Origin: a virus
Lineage: Duplodnaviria; Caudoviricetes
Length of the DNA stretch: 55,511 bases
IMG/VR virus record: IMGVR_UViG_3300031673_016559
Coordinates: 1-55,511 of that record
Reading direction: 5' to 3' (one strand)
A program made the position numbers and the translations under genes. This document shows, one piece after another, positions 35,684-44,875 of this stretch. The notes under the pieces were generated by a model, which worked only from the letters and a program-made list of their open reading frames with translations, was not told the origin of the DNA and did no database searches. Each line of letters opens with the position of its first letter. Positions within the stretch are counted from its first letter, which is position 1.

Positions 35684-36417
35684 GGTGTAGTTCTCCAGCA
35701 GCGGTCCGACCAGGCGCAGAACTTGCATTCGAAATGCGTCTGGTCGGCAAATGAGCGCGGCAGCAACTCGCCAACCTCGGTAGCCTGAATCACCCGAGCT
35801 GCACGGTCGGACATGCGCTGGGCCAGTGACGCGTCGAAGGGAATCAGCTCGGCATAGATTTCCATCGTGTCGGCATTGACTGCTGTAAACAGTGCCGGGT
35901 GTTCATATAGGGTTAGGTAGCTCTGGTACAGGGCGATCTGTGCGGCATAGATCGGCTTGGAGACCGCGAGTTTGTGTTTCTCGACGTCACGCCAGGACTT
36001 GGCACCGAGGCACTTGTTTTCCCAGAGCGCGGGGTACGCAAATCCATCGGGGCCGCCAATTAGCACCCCGTCGACATGACCACGCATGCGACCGCCGGCC
36101 ACCGAGAAGCCGAACTGATGGCCATCGGCGTCCTCGGTCTTGAGTGTGAAGCCGGTCATGCGTAACCAGCGGATCACCATGTCCTCGGTCCGATGCCCAC
36201 GCTCGAAGATGCGCAGGAGCCGGCCCGAGAATCCCTTCCCGTGATCTACCGAGGCTTTGGCGTACTCGTATTGCAGTTGGCGCTCGCAGGCGGCACCAAG
36301 ACGCGACGCTCCGAGGTACTCACGCGCAGGTGTGGCATCCCGCTCGGCCTCCAGCGCCCGATCCATCAGCGCTTCGATCTGTCCGGAGAGACTGGCGGAG
36401 GAGTTGAAGTCCAACAT
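35680..36417 (-). CDS. PD-(D/E)XK (Cas4/lambda-exonuclease-like) nuclease
   Basis: YLGAS.LG..C.R, GHVDG, WENK, Y.AQ..LY, C-terminal CKFC.W...C. Confidence 0.82.
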   Translation of the reverse strand: MLDFNSSASLSGQIEALMDRALEAERDATPAREYLGASRLGAACERQLQYEYAKASVDHGKGFSGRLLRIFERGHRTEDMVIRWLRMTGFTLKTEDADGHQFGFSVAGGRMRGHVDGVLIGGPDGFAYPALWENKCLGAKSWRDVEKHKLAVSKPIYAAQIALYQSYLTLYEHPALFTAVNADTMEIYAELIPFDASLAQRMSDRAARVIQATEVGELLPRSFADQTHFECKFCAWSDRCWRTTP

Positions 36418-36908
36418 CACTTCGCCTCCCATGGCAGGTCATCTTTCAAATCGGAGAACGGGTTGTCAGCGCGTGCCGGCAGCGAGTCGCGGATCGGATC
36501 GTGGACCGGGATTTCCCCCGGCATACGTACAGGCGGGTATTTGCTGTGCGCGTGCTGCGCAGCCATTTCGTCGACGTAGGCGGTCACGATGGCCTCGATG
36601 ACCATCAACGCCTCAGCTTCTGAATAAGCGCCAAGTGGCTTGTCGAACCCGATCGTGCCGGCCGCCTCGCCAAAAAAGCGCAGGCACATGCGCATGGCGG
36701 CTTGTTCCAATGGCGTGGAATCAACCATTGCCGCTACCCCATCGTCCTGAGCGGTCTTCCATCCACCATAGAATTTGTGGAAGGCATCCTGGCAGCGACG
36801 TGAGCAGAACACCCAATCGATGGGGTAGCGCCGGGGGTCGGCGATCTTGCGACGTGCGTCCGTGTGTCCGTACCCACGGGCCTCGCGTGAACAGACCCAA
36901 CATTTCAT
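36417..36908 (-). CDS. Zn-finger hypothetical (DUF6511-like)
   Basis: CWVC...FCSRRCQ; acidic tail DLKDDLPW. Confidence 0.75.
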   Translation of the reverse strand: MKCWVCSREARGYGHTDARRKIADPRRYPIDWVFCSRRCQDAFHKFYGGWKTAQDDGVAAMVDSTPLEQAAMRMCLRFFGEAAGTIGFDKPLGAYSEAEALMVIEAIVTAYVDEMAAQHAHSKYPPVRMPGEIPVHDPIRDSLPARADNPFSDLKDDLPWEAK

Positions 36909-36920
36909 CGCCGCTCCGCA

Positions 36921-37562
36921 TCACTGCGCCCAGGAGGGCTTCCCGGTAGCGACAGGCGCTGCGGCGGAACGCTGAGGGGCGGCGTAGGCCGGAGCCGCTT
37001 GTGCCGGCGCACCGGAGTTACCCCCGCCTGCCGGACCTTTTGACACCGTGCCCATCGCGGCGGCGTAGTCCTTGTGGCCAGGCTCCACTGCCACCTTGAC
37101 CACGTTGCGGTCCTCGCCCTTGGCGTCTTTCTCCACATCCACGCGCGCCAGAAATTCGATGCCGTCGAGATCGGCGAAGCTCGCGATGCGACGTGCTGCA
37201 GCAGCCTGCGGTGTGTTGTCCTGGGGATGAACGTTGCGCGCACTGTTGAGCGCGGCACGAATGAAGCTGCGCCCCATCTGGCCCCAGGTCGGGCCCTTCT
37301 TGGAATGCAGGCCGACGTTCGACCACATCTTGCGTTTGACGAACGGTCCGCCCGTCACCACAAATTCGCAGGCGAGATACACCGCACCGGTATCAAACGA
37401 TTCGGTGGCGTAACCACCCGTCCAGCCCTGCGCGTTGTCATCATGGCCACCGGGTTTGATGCTCATGCGCACCGGCACGATTGAGCCCTTGGGGATCAGA
37501 TCAAAACCGCCTTGTTGGGCGTCGGCGTCGTTGAAGTCATTCCAGTTGTTGGTTGTGTTCAT
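36921..37562 (-). CDS. Putative ssDNA-binding protein (DUF669-like)
   Basis: FDLIPKG, YL.CEF.V..G....RK.W; flexible Ala/Pro C-tail ending KPSWAQ; follows the Sak4-like ATPase. Confidence 0.7.
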   Translation of the reverse strand: MNTTNNWNDFNDADAQQGGFDLIPKGSIVPVRMSIKPGGHDDNAQGWTGGYATESFDTGAVYLACEFVVTGGPFVKRKMWSNVGLHSKKGPTWGQMGRSFIRAALNSARNVHPQDNTPQAAAARRIASFADLDGIEFLARVDVEKDAKGEDRNVVKVAVEPGHKDYAAAMGTVSKGPAGGGNSGAPAQAAPAYAAPQRSAAAPVATGKPSWAQ

Positions 37563-37583
37563 TTGAATTTCCTTAGAAGTGGG

Positions 37584-38399
37584 TTAAACGTTCTTCGCGT
37601 CGGCGCTCTGGCCGAGGCATTTGGCGATGAGTTTTCCGAGGTGGGGTTCCTCGATGGGGTCGAGCCGGCCACTGCGGTCCTTGCTCGGGTAGCCGAAGGC
37701 GTTATCGGCACGAGTGACAAATCCACGGTAAGGCGTACCGTCATCCGCCTTGAGCACAGCTAGCGTTACCACCTCGTCGAGCACACCCGGCAACTCCAGC
37801 GCGGTTTTGCTGCCCTCCAGTTGCAACTGGTAGTAGCGCCGGTTGAAGTCATCCATTTTTTCTTCGAGGATGGCGACGTAGATCACGTGCTTGTCGCGCG
37901 CATGCTGCAAGTGCGTGAGCGCCGTGATCATTTCCTGGCCCAGAAGGCCATAGGCCCCTCGGTTGTCGGGCTTGCCAGTTTTCTCGCTGAATGCCTGCGG
38001 CTGCGTCTTGCACCACGCGAAGCACAAGCGCGAAAGCACCGTCAGGCTGTCGACAAAGTAGGTGTCGTACTTGGCCAATTGCGCCGGGTCACCAAATTTG
38101 GTGCCGACATGCTCGAAATGCGCCTGCGAGAATGCCTGATCCGCGGTGGCGGTCGGCATGGGGCCAGCGAGGAACACGACGAGATCGCGAAATTCGGGCC
38201 ACGTGCGCGGACGCACCGTGTCGCCGGGCCAGTCGCGCACCGCGAGATCACCAGCCTCGAGATCGACGAACAGCGTGCTCTCCGGTGGCAAGGTCTTGAG
38301 TTGGGTCGTCTTGCCCACGCCGGGGAAGCCCACCAGCCCGACCTTGGCGCTGTGACGTTCCTTGAGCCGATCTTCGGCCGAGATGATGGGAAGGCCCAT
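37584..38399 (-). CDS. AAA_24 / Sak4-like ATPase (single-strand annealing)
   Basis: GFPGVGKT Walker A, FVDS Walker B, KDRSG.L...E motif. Confidence 0.85.
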   Translation of the reverse strand: MGLPIISAEDRLKERHSAKVGLVGFPGVGKTTQLKTLPPESTLFVDLEAGDLAVRDWPGDTVRPRTWPEFRDLVVFLAGPMPTATADQAFSQAHFEHVGTKFGDPAQLAKYDTYFVDSLTVLSRLCFAWCKTQPQAFSEKTGKPDNRGAYGLLGQEMITALTHLQHARDKHVIYVAILEEKMDDFNRRYYQLQLEGSKTALELPGVLDEVVTLAVLKADDGTPYRGFVTRADNAFGYPSKDRSGRLDPIEEPHLGKLIAKCLGQSADAKNV

Positions 38400-38881
38400 T
38401 ACGCCGCCTCATCCATCAGTGCCAGACGAAAACTTGCTTTTCCTGGCTTGACGGTGCGCGCGGCCTCGAACTGCTCGCGCAGCGCCGCCGGCCAGTTCGT
38501 GTATTTGGATTCGGCAACTGCGAACTCGACGTCGAGATAGTCCTCGACCTGGTCACCGGTTTCAGCGATGCGCCGGGCGATTTCCTTCAGTTTCGGCTGG
38601 TCCCAGCTCACGATCTTCCGCAGGTCTTGGGTGATGCGTAGGGCGCCGTCCTCGAGATGAACGACACCGAAGTCCTTGCCCGCGGAAATGCGCGCCTGCC
38701 GGGCGGCCTCACCGAAACGCTGTTCCAGAGCGGCATTCATCTTGTCGCGCGTCGCCTTGGCCCACGCCATCAGCTCGTTCAGCGCGACGTCGAGTTCCTG
38801 TAGCCGTGCCTGGGGCAGGTTGACGATCTGCGCGACCGAGAGCTCCGGCAGGTCGGCGGTGCAAATCACGAGATCGCTCAT
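38399..38881 (-). CDS. Hypothetical early protein (Gp157-like position)
   Basis: Coupled in the early operon; K.V.WDQ..L, F..ART.K.GK..F.L pattern. Confidence 0.75.
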   Translation of the reverse strand: MSDLVICTADLPELSVAQIVNLPQARLQELDVALNELMAWAKATRDKMNAALEQRFGEAARQARISAGKDFGVVHLEDGALRITQDLRKIVSWDQPKLKEIARRIAETGDQVEDYLDVEFAVAESKYTNWPAALREQFEAARTVKPGKASFRLALMDEAA

Positions 38882-39126
38882 GCCACGCCTCCGGCATGCG
38901 CCGATTCGGAAGTGCTGATCCGCAGGGAGTGTTGCTCGTACTCCTCTACGTCCTCGATGCGGTAACTGACTTTGCCGCCGAGCTTGAGGAACTTGGGGCC
39001 CAGACCCATCACGCGCCAGCGCTGCAGGGTCTTGTGACTCATCCCCCAGCGGTCGGCGAGTGCAAGTTCGTTTAGAACCCGGCGCTCATACTGGTTTTGC
39101 CCGATCAGGGCGTTTCGATTGCTCAC
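38878..39126 (-). CDS. AlpA/excisionase-like HTH, first early gene
   Basis: LA.RWGMS.KTLQRWR..G.GP.FLKLG..V.Y. Confidence 0.88.
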   Translation of the reverse strand: MSNRNALIGQNQYERRVLNELALADRWGMSHKTLQRWRVMGLGPKFLKLGGKVSYRIEDVEEYEQHSLRISTSESAHAGGVA

Positions 39127-39182
39127 CTTTTGTCTCCTTTCAAAAGATCAGGAAGGTGAGCGAACTTTAATTACCGACCTCT

Positions 39183-39221
39183 GGGAAACCTTTCGGGAAA
39201 TCGTCCGGGAAATTCGGAAAA
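39183..39221. promoter_or_regulatory. Direct repeats (GGGAAA, 12-bp period) upstream of the early operon
   Basis: GGGAAA at 39183, 39195 and 39207, plus CGGAAA at 39215. Confidence 0.55.
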
Positions 39222-39235
39222 ACGCGCCCTAGCCC

Positions 39236-39268
39236 AAAAGCACAAAGCCCCGCGCACGGGCGGGGCTT
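39236..39268 (-). terminator. Intrinsic terminator after 39299-40228
   Basis: AAGCCCCGC-ccgtgc-GCGGGGCTT followed by TGTGCTTTT on the minus strand. Confidence 0.7.
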
Positions 39269-39298
39269 CAGGATGGGGAGAATCAGTCGAGAGCAGGT

Positions 39299-40228
39299 CT
39301 AGCGCAGCCAGAAGAAGCCCTTGCCGTCACTATCGACCAGCCGGTTGAAACCGTCCAGCTGGCCGGGATTCTTACGGAATAGCTCGCGCGGTTCCTCCTG
39401 CCGGGTATCGATGTTGGCCATGATGTCCTGCTTGTGGCGTTTGCCGCCCGCCGTGTCGAGATATTCAAGAAACTGCGCCTGCGTGTCGCTGAAGGTGAAT
39501 TCGCGGCCGCCTACGTAGGCACCTCGGTAGCCAGAGTGAAAGACGCCGCCGCTGCTGCGCTGGCGCAGGTGGGCGGGCTTGAGGCACCAATCGAACATCG
39601 CCTCGTCGAGCACGAGACCGCTGCCGCGTAGGTTGAAGGCAAAGGGCAAATGCACGTAGCCTTCATCGGGCCAGGATAGTTTCGAGCGGGCGCGGGGCGT
39701 ACTAGTGACGAGGATCGCCTGATCGCGCTCGGCGACGGGATCGAGCGCGCGCCGCACGTTCTCTGCGATGTCGAGCTCGCCCAGCCGACGTGCGAAGATC
39801 ACCTTGCGCGCGTTCTTGTTGGCGCTACCCCAGTCACCGATTTTCCAACAGAGGCCTTCGAGCACCGTCTGCGGCAGATTGCGGGTGTCGATTTTGAGCG
39901 CTTGCGCGATGCGCCTGGCGACCCATTCCGGCTTGAGGCGAACGACATCGACCTGATCGGCGGATACCGTGACACATCCGCACTCGGGACAAAGGGCCTG
40001 TAATCCGCCCGACCTTGGCCATGTGACGGCCACCTCGTGCAGGCCACAGGAAGGACAGAGAATGGCCGAGGTTTTGCCTGCGCCGTTGTCGATCGCTTCG
40101 ATCTGCAGAAGATGCCGCACCGCCTTGAGTTCGTCATCGGACTCAAGAAGGGCGCCTGCCAGCGTCTCGTTCGGCCCCTCTAGCAGATCACACAACAAGC
40201 GATAGGAGAGCGCTATGACTGCGCTCAC
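39299..40228 (-). CDS. Hypothetical protein with Zn ribbon and C-terminal winged-helix-like domain
   Basis: CPSC...CPEC; C-terminus FS..QA..L..L ... GKGFFWL resembles an OmpR-type wHTH wing. Confidence 0.75.
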   Translation of the reverse strand: MSAVIALSYRLLCDLLEGPNETLAGALLESDDELKAVRHLLQIEAIDNGAGKTSAILCPSCGLHEVAVTWPRSGGLQALCPECGCVTVSADQVDVVRLKPEWVARRIAQALKIDTRNLPQTVLEGLCWKIGDWGSANKNARKVIFARRLGELDIAENVRRALDPVAERDQAILVTSTPRARSKLSWPDEGYVHLPFAFNLRGSGLVLDEAMFDWCLKPAHLRQRSSGGVFHSGYRGAYVGGREFTFSDTQAQFLEYLDTAGGKRHKQDIMANIDTRQEEPRELFRKNPGQLDGFNRLVDSDGKGFFWLR

Positions 40229-41475
40229 GCGGCCGCCTTGAATTGCCCATCATTTTGCGACGGTCTTGGACCGGAGGGCTCGGGATGGCCGGCGACAGGG
40301 TGAGCGATCAAACCCCACTCCACCATAAAACCGTAGAGCATTTTGCGGTCAGCCTCGGCGAAACACTGCAGATTGGACATCCCGCGCTTGGTGAACTTGA
40401 GGATCAGACTGCGGCGGCGCTTCTTGCCGGGCTCGAGGAAGAAGTGCACCCCGATCGCCGCCTGCACAATGGCGAACGGGCGTTTGAGGGGATTATCGTG
40501 TGGCAGGTGTTTCGCGGCCCAGTCATCGGCGGTGGCGTGGATATCCTTGCCCGGCGCTTCGATGGTGAGAAAGCCGCCGTCCCCATCAAGCGGCATGAAG
40601 GTAAGATTCTTCATCCGCAGGGACTCGATGCCGAGGGTGGCTTGTTCGAAAACACACAGGCCGTTCTTGAGGTTGCCGAGCTTGTACGTCTCGGGCTTCA
40701 CCGCATCGGGTTTGAGCGTCAGGCCCAGCATGTGCTTTGCAAACAATGTGGCAAGCTTGTCGTGGTAATCCTTCCCGCCCGATACGACCGTCTCGGCAAA
40801 GCCAGTCTTATAAAAGTAGACCAACGCCAGTTCCTTTGCGGGATGCGAGCGGCGGCGGCGAAATGTTCCGTTATCATCGAATTCAGGCCGGTTGTTGGCG
40901 AGATCTTCGACATAGATCGTCACCTGAATCGAATCCTCGAGCCAACGGTCCAGGAATTCCACCTCGACGCTTTTGCCGCAACCCTCGCGTTTGAGAAAGA
41001 ATGCGGAGATGTCTGCGGCCAGTGCTTTTCGCACCACGTCTCCCCGAGCCACCTCGCCGATGTGCTTCAGATCGAAACACTTGGCCGAGGCCCTCATGAC
41101 GCGGTCATCAAAATAACGCGCTTCCAGCCCGTCCTCGAATTTGTCGGGGTGGGCCAAGAATAGCCAAAGCGCGCGTTCGGTCGGGTTCTCGAGGCCAGAT
41201 AAATGCTCGACTGCCTTGGGGTCGTTCTGGCAAACGTTGCGGATCGCCCGGTCCCCGATCGCATCGGCGAGTTGCACCGCCTCGTGCATATCGCTGATCA
41301 AGCGATTGCGATCCTCGGCGCTGGCCGCGTCGATCAAAGCGATGACCACCCGGGCCAAGTCGGGCTCCTCCAGCGCCCAGTCAACCGTTGAGGTGGAAGG
41401 GAATTGGCGCGATTCGAGAAACTGCCTCATGGTTTGCGCTGGAACCGATCGGACAATCTGCTTATAGTTGGACAT
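40225..41475 (-). CDS. Conserved prophage hypothetical protein (416 aa)
   Basis: RBS AAGGAA before ATG 41475; overlaps the next gene; divergent from the XRE gene. Confidence 0.78.
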   Translation of the reverse strand: MSNYKQIVRSVPAQTMRQFLESRQFPSTSTVDWALEEPDLARVVIALIDAASAEDRNRLISDMHEAVQLADAIGDRAIRNVCQNDPKAVEHLSGLENPTERALWLFLAHPDKFEDGLEARYFDDRVMRASAKCFDLKHIGEVARGDVVRKALAADISAFFLKREGCGKSVEVEFLDRWLEDSIQVTIYVEDLANNRPEFDDNGTFRRRRSHPAKELALVYFYKTGFAETVVSGGKDYHDKLATLFAKHMLGLTLKPDAVKPETYKLGNLKNGLCVFEQATLGIESLRMKNLTFMPLDGDGGFLTIEAPGKDIHATADDWAAKHLPHDNPLKRPFAIVQAAIGVHFFLEPGKKRRRSLILKFTKRGMSNLQCFAEADRKMLYGFMVEWGLIAHPVAGHPEPSGPRPSQNDGQFKAAA

Positions 41476-41714
41476 CGCCTGTTCCTTTCTTGGATTTCGG
41501 TGGAGACACCGGTCTTCCAGCCTCCCTGAGGCGGAACTGGCGGCAGCGCCGATTACATATGGAAGCCTCATATCCCGACCGATAGCGGAAGGCCCGTTCG
41601 GTAGTGTGATACTTAGAAGCGATTTTATCCGCCCACGTTCTTCCTTGTCAATGCTCTTGTTCGCTTTCGTGATATATGCAAAAATCCGCATGCTACATCA
41701 CACAGGAGCACACT

Positions 41715-42059
41715 ATGGCTACCCCTTTAGGAGAGCGATTGCGCAGGCTCCGAACCGAGAAAAAGCTGACGCTTGAGAAGTTGGCTGAACTTGCGCTGTG
41801 CAGCAAAAGCTACATCTGGGAGTTGGAGAACCGCCCGGCGTCGCGTCCGGCCGCCGAGAAAATTATCGCCATCGCCAAGGTGCTCGACGTCACCGCCGAG
41901 TACCTGCTGGGCGATAAGGATGCATCAATGCCGCCCACGAAGAAGGAATCTGCGCCTGAGGACGTGGCATTCTTTCGGCGCTACATGGGCATGAAGCCGG
42001 GCGAACGGCAACAGCTGCGCGACATGAGCGCTGTCATGTTCAAGAAGAAAGATGGCTGA
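41715..42059 (+). CDS. XRE-family HTH repressor
   Basis: LGERLRRLR....LTLE.LA.....SKSYIWELEN; RBS AGGAG; no S24 autopeptidase domain. Confidence 0.92.
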   Translation: MATPLGERLRRLRTEKKLTLEKLAELALCSKSYIWELENRPASRPAAEKIIAIAKVLDVTAEYLLGDKDASMPPTKKESAPEDVAFFRRYMGMKPGERQQLRDMSAVMFKKKDG

Positions 42060-43005
42060 ACCGCCCCCACTGTTAAAGCGCGGATCCTCTGAGCGCGAGG
42101 CAAACCGGATTTCGAAGCTGTGGAAGCTGCGCCCCGGGCCGCGCTTTCCGGTTGACGTCAGGGAGATCGCGCTCACCTACTCTCAGACGTTCAGTTGCGT
42201 TGACAAGATCATCGACGTTAAAGGTGGGGCGTTCAGTCGTTTCGATGGCGCGCTGCTATTCAACGCCGACAAGCCAACCAAGAAGGAATGGGGCATTGTT
42301 TTCAACGAAAACGCGACCCACGGGCGTCAGCGCTTCACCATCTCACACGAACTGGGCCATTTTGTCCTGCATCGGCAGATGCAAAAGGTTTTCGAGTGCG
42401 GGCAAGACGAGGTTTGCACATCTGCCGGCGAGGAAACCGACATCGAGACGGAGGCCGACAAGTTTGCCTCCTACCTCCTGATGCCAGCCGATGACGTGCG
42501 GGCGCAAATCGATCCACGCGATCCCGCGGTCACCGTCGATCAGCTGAGCGCCCTTGCCGATCGGTACGGGGTGTCGCTCCAGGCCGTTATGCTTAAGTGG
42601 CTTGAACTCACCGAACGTCGCGCCCTGGTCGTGGTGCACATCGACGACCATATGCTCTGGGCAAGATCAAGCCATAACGCCTTCAAGAGCGGACTGTGGT
42701 TCCGTACGCGTAACGGGCCACCCGTTCCGATCCCTCCCGGATCGCTCGCGGCAAACACCGCGGTGGCCCGAGAAGATGTCGGGAAAACCATCGATGCGAG
42801 GATCTGGTTCCCGCAGGAACCGGCCGGGACGAGCCTTCGGGAGATGAAGATATCGGCCGACAACCATCGCCAGATCATGTCCCTGCTGGTGTTGCCAGAT
42901 GGCGAGCCGCGCTATGCGCAACAACAGGAGCAGGAGCCGAGAGACTATGACACCCTCGATCGCTTTGAGCAAAACGGGCAACCCCTGATCCGCTATCCGC
43001 GCTAA
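42052..43005 (+). CDS. ImmA/IrrE-family Zn metallopeptidase
   Basis: RQRFTISHELGH (HExxH), E.EAD.FASYLLMP, LADRYGVS. Confidence 0.92.
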   Translation: MAEPPPLLKRGSSEREANRISKLWKLRPGPRFPVDVREIALTYSQTFSCVDKIIDVKGGAFSRFDGALLFNADKPTKKEWGIVFNENATHGRQRFTISHELGHFVLHRQMQKVFECGQDEVCTSAGEETDIETEADKFASYLLMPADDVRAQIDPRDPAVTVDQLSALADRYGVSLQAVMLKWLELTERRALVVVHIDDHMLWARSSHNAFKSGLWFRTRNGPPVPIPPGSLAANTAVAREDVGKTIDARIWFPQEPAGTSLREMKISADNHRQIMSLLVLPDGEPRYAQQQEQEPRDYDTLDRFEQNGQPLIRYPR

Positions 43006-43098
43006 CCTGGTTTTTTAAACGCCCACCGGGAATTAGTTTCCACAGCCACATAGCTCAAGGAATGCCATCCGGGCGCAATCAACAACCGGGGCGACCAC

Positions 43099-44040
43099 AT
43101 GACGAAACTCACGCCACAAGAAGCGCAGGCCGTACAAGCGAATTTATTCCCTGAGGCTTGGAAGGTAGTCCGCGAGATAGAGGACTTTCCTTGGCATCGG
43201 GATCGTTCTGGCGCTGTGACCGCAGCCGTGCCGGAGTCATCACAGGCACTTGCGATCGATGTGTTCGGCACCCTGAAGACCTTGGCCGCGCCATCTCGCC
43301 TAGTTGATGCGTGGATATCACAGTGGGGCCTCACATTCTCGGGTCCGTGGCGATTCTGCCTTGAATACCTCGTGCCGAGGGCAATTCTAGGAGAACCACA
43401 CTCGACACAAGTCGATGCGGTAGCCCAAAGCGATAAGAATCTCATTTTCTTCGAATGTAAGTTCACAGAGCCAGATGGGGGAGCGTGCTCTCAGCCGCAA
43501 CCATTGGGGGGGAAATCGCCCAACCGTGGAAAGGTGCAGTGCACAGGTGACTACACATTGCAGACCAATCCTGTCAATGGGAGGACCTCCCGTTGCGCCC
43601 TCAACGGCAAAGGGGTCCGCTACTGGGAAATTGTGCCTCGCGTTCTTTCAATAGCTAACGACGTAGATCATCGCCCCTGCCCGTTCAAAGGTGGCTGGTA
43701 TCAGTGGATGCGAAATCTGGTTGCCTGCAGCGCTGTATCGGAATCATCTAATAAGCGGGGAGCGTTCGTTGTTTTGTATGCGGACGGCCCCTTCCCCATG
43801 GCAGAGAAGATTCAGTCGACGGAATGGAAGGAAATTCGCAATCTCACTTCTGGAAGGGAAGTGCCGCTTATCGACGTGTCCTATCAGAAGCTACTAACGA
43901 TTGGAGCAGCAGCCGCAGATCCGGTCGATTTAAGTGTGATGCAACGGCTCGTCGCCTGGGTGAATCAGAAGGTGGCGACCGTAGCCGCCCTACCGAACAG
44001 CCGCATCTTCGAAGCGGCCCACGATCGCGAGCTGATGTAA
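43099..44040 (+). CDS. Putative PD-(D/E)XK restriction-like endonuclease (PGN_0703-like)
   Basis: SSQALA..VF, T.VD, ECKFTE, YQ.MRN motifs; lower GC. Confidence 0.65.
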   Translation: MTKLTPQEAQAVQANLFPEAWKVVREIEDFPWHRDRSGAVTAAVPESSQALAIDVFGTLKTLAAPSRLVDAWISQWGLTFSGPWRFCLEYLVPRAILGEPHSTQVDAVAQSDKNLIFFECKFTEPDGGACSQPQPLGGKSPNRGKVQCTGDYTLQTNPVNGRTSRCALNGKGVRYWEIVPRVLSIANDVDHRPCPFKGGWYQWMRNLVACSAVSESSNKRGAFVVLYADGPFPMAEKIQSTEWKEIRNLTSGREVPLIDVSYQKLLTIGAAAADPVDLSVMQRLVAWVNQKVATVAALPNSRIFEAAHDRELM

Positions 44041-44053
44041 GTAACGCGAAGTA

Positions 44054-44563
44054 TCAATTCGACGGCGCATGGTCGTGCGCCGCTGTTCGTTTCCTACGAA
44101 AATCCCATGGCGGCACCGGGCTCGGATCACGCCACAGTCCAAGGTGATCCGCCCTGGCTCGATCCTCAGCGGTGGCGTAGCTTCGTCGATCTTCGACTGA
44201 CTGTTCTTTCGCATACTGCTTGTAGTGCCAGGCAAGCCCTGCTTCGACTTGCTTGATATTCACATCAGCACCATCCAAGAGGATTTTTCCCAGGACCCGC
44301 CCGTACCGGTCCCTATGCTCGTATTCGACGGTGATGGCCCGCCCGAAGATTAGATGCGAGAGATTTTGCTTTGAGCGTGTGCCAAATGCCTGTTTGCTCT
44401 CTGGCGCATCGATTCCGGTCAGTCGCACCTTGTGCAACGTGTGCTGCGCATCCAGAACTCTAACCGTGTCCCCGTCGGTGATACCGACAACCTTCCCGGT
44501 GATTGTGTGGGCCCATGCGATGGTAAAGGCCATCGAAAGGATACAGGCGACGAAAACTTTCAT
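44054..44563 (-). CDS. Thermonuclease (SNase-like), secreted
   Basis: Signal peptide; DGDT, RL.GIDAPE..Q.FG, DRYGR.L, GLW motifs. Confidence 0.93.
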   Translation of the reverse strand: MKVFVACILSMAFTIAWAHTITGKVVGITDGDTVRVLDAQHTLHKVRLTGIDAPESKQAFGTRSKQNLSHLIFGRAITVEYEHRDRYGRVLGKILLDGADVNIKQVEAGLAWHYKQYAKEQSVEDRRSYATAEDRARADHLGLWRDPSPVPPWDFRRKRTAAHDHAPSN

Positions 44564-44668
44564 ACGGATTCTTTCTAGTTTTTGCTCAAACTTGTTCCTT
44601 CGGGATTACGGCCGCGGTGACCGAGCGCCACAATCTCAGCATGGGTTTTTCGTCGCTTGAGCCACCCA

Positions 44669-44875
44669 ATGAATACGATCAATTCCCGCCCTCCCGAAAC
44701 AATGTCCCCGTCGCAGCGATTGACCGAAATCGCTGAACTCCTCGCGCGTGGCGTCACACGCTGTGCAGCACGCTATCACGAGCAATGTGCAGCGCGCCAG
44801 TTTTGCCTTGACTCTTCTGGCACCCAGAGCGTTCATGCGAACCCGTCGCAACTAATGAAGGGAGTCGTCGCATGA
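44669..44875 (+). CDS. Small hypothetical preceding DUF2924
   Basis: MSP..RL.EIA.LLA.G pattern; ATGA overlap with the next gene. Confidence 0.6.
   Translation: MNTINSRPPETMSPSQRLTEIAELLARGVTRCAARYHEQCAARQFCLDSSGTQSVHANPSQLMKGVVA
44807..44836 (+). promoter_or_regulatory. CTTG-N17-AGCGTTCAT motif upstream of DUF2924/recombinase
   Basis: Second copy of the 30624-30653 motif; contains TTGACT (-35-like). Confidence 0.5.

Noticed and set aside
35680-36417. cas4 of a CRISPR system
   Set aside because: Lies in the phage recombination operon with Sak4-like and SSB-like genes; no array or other cas genes
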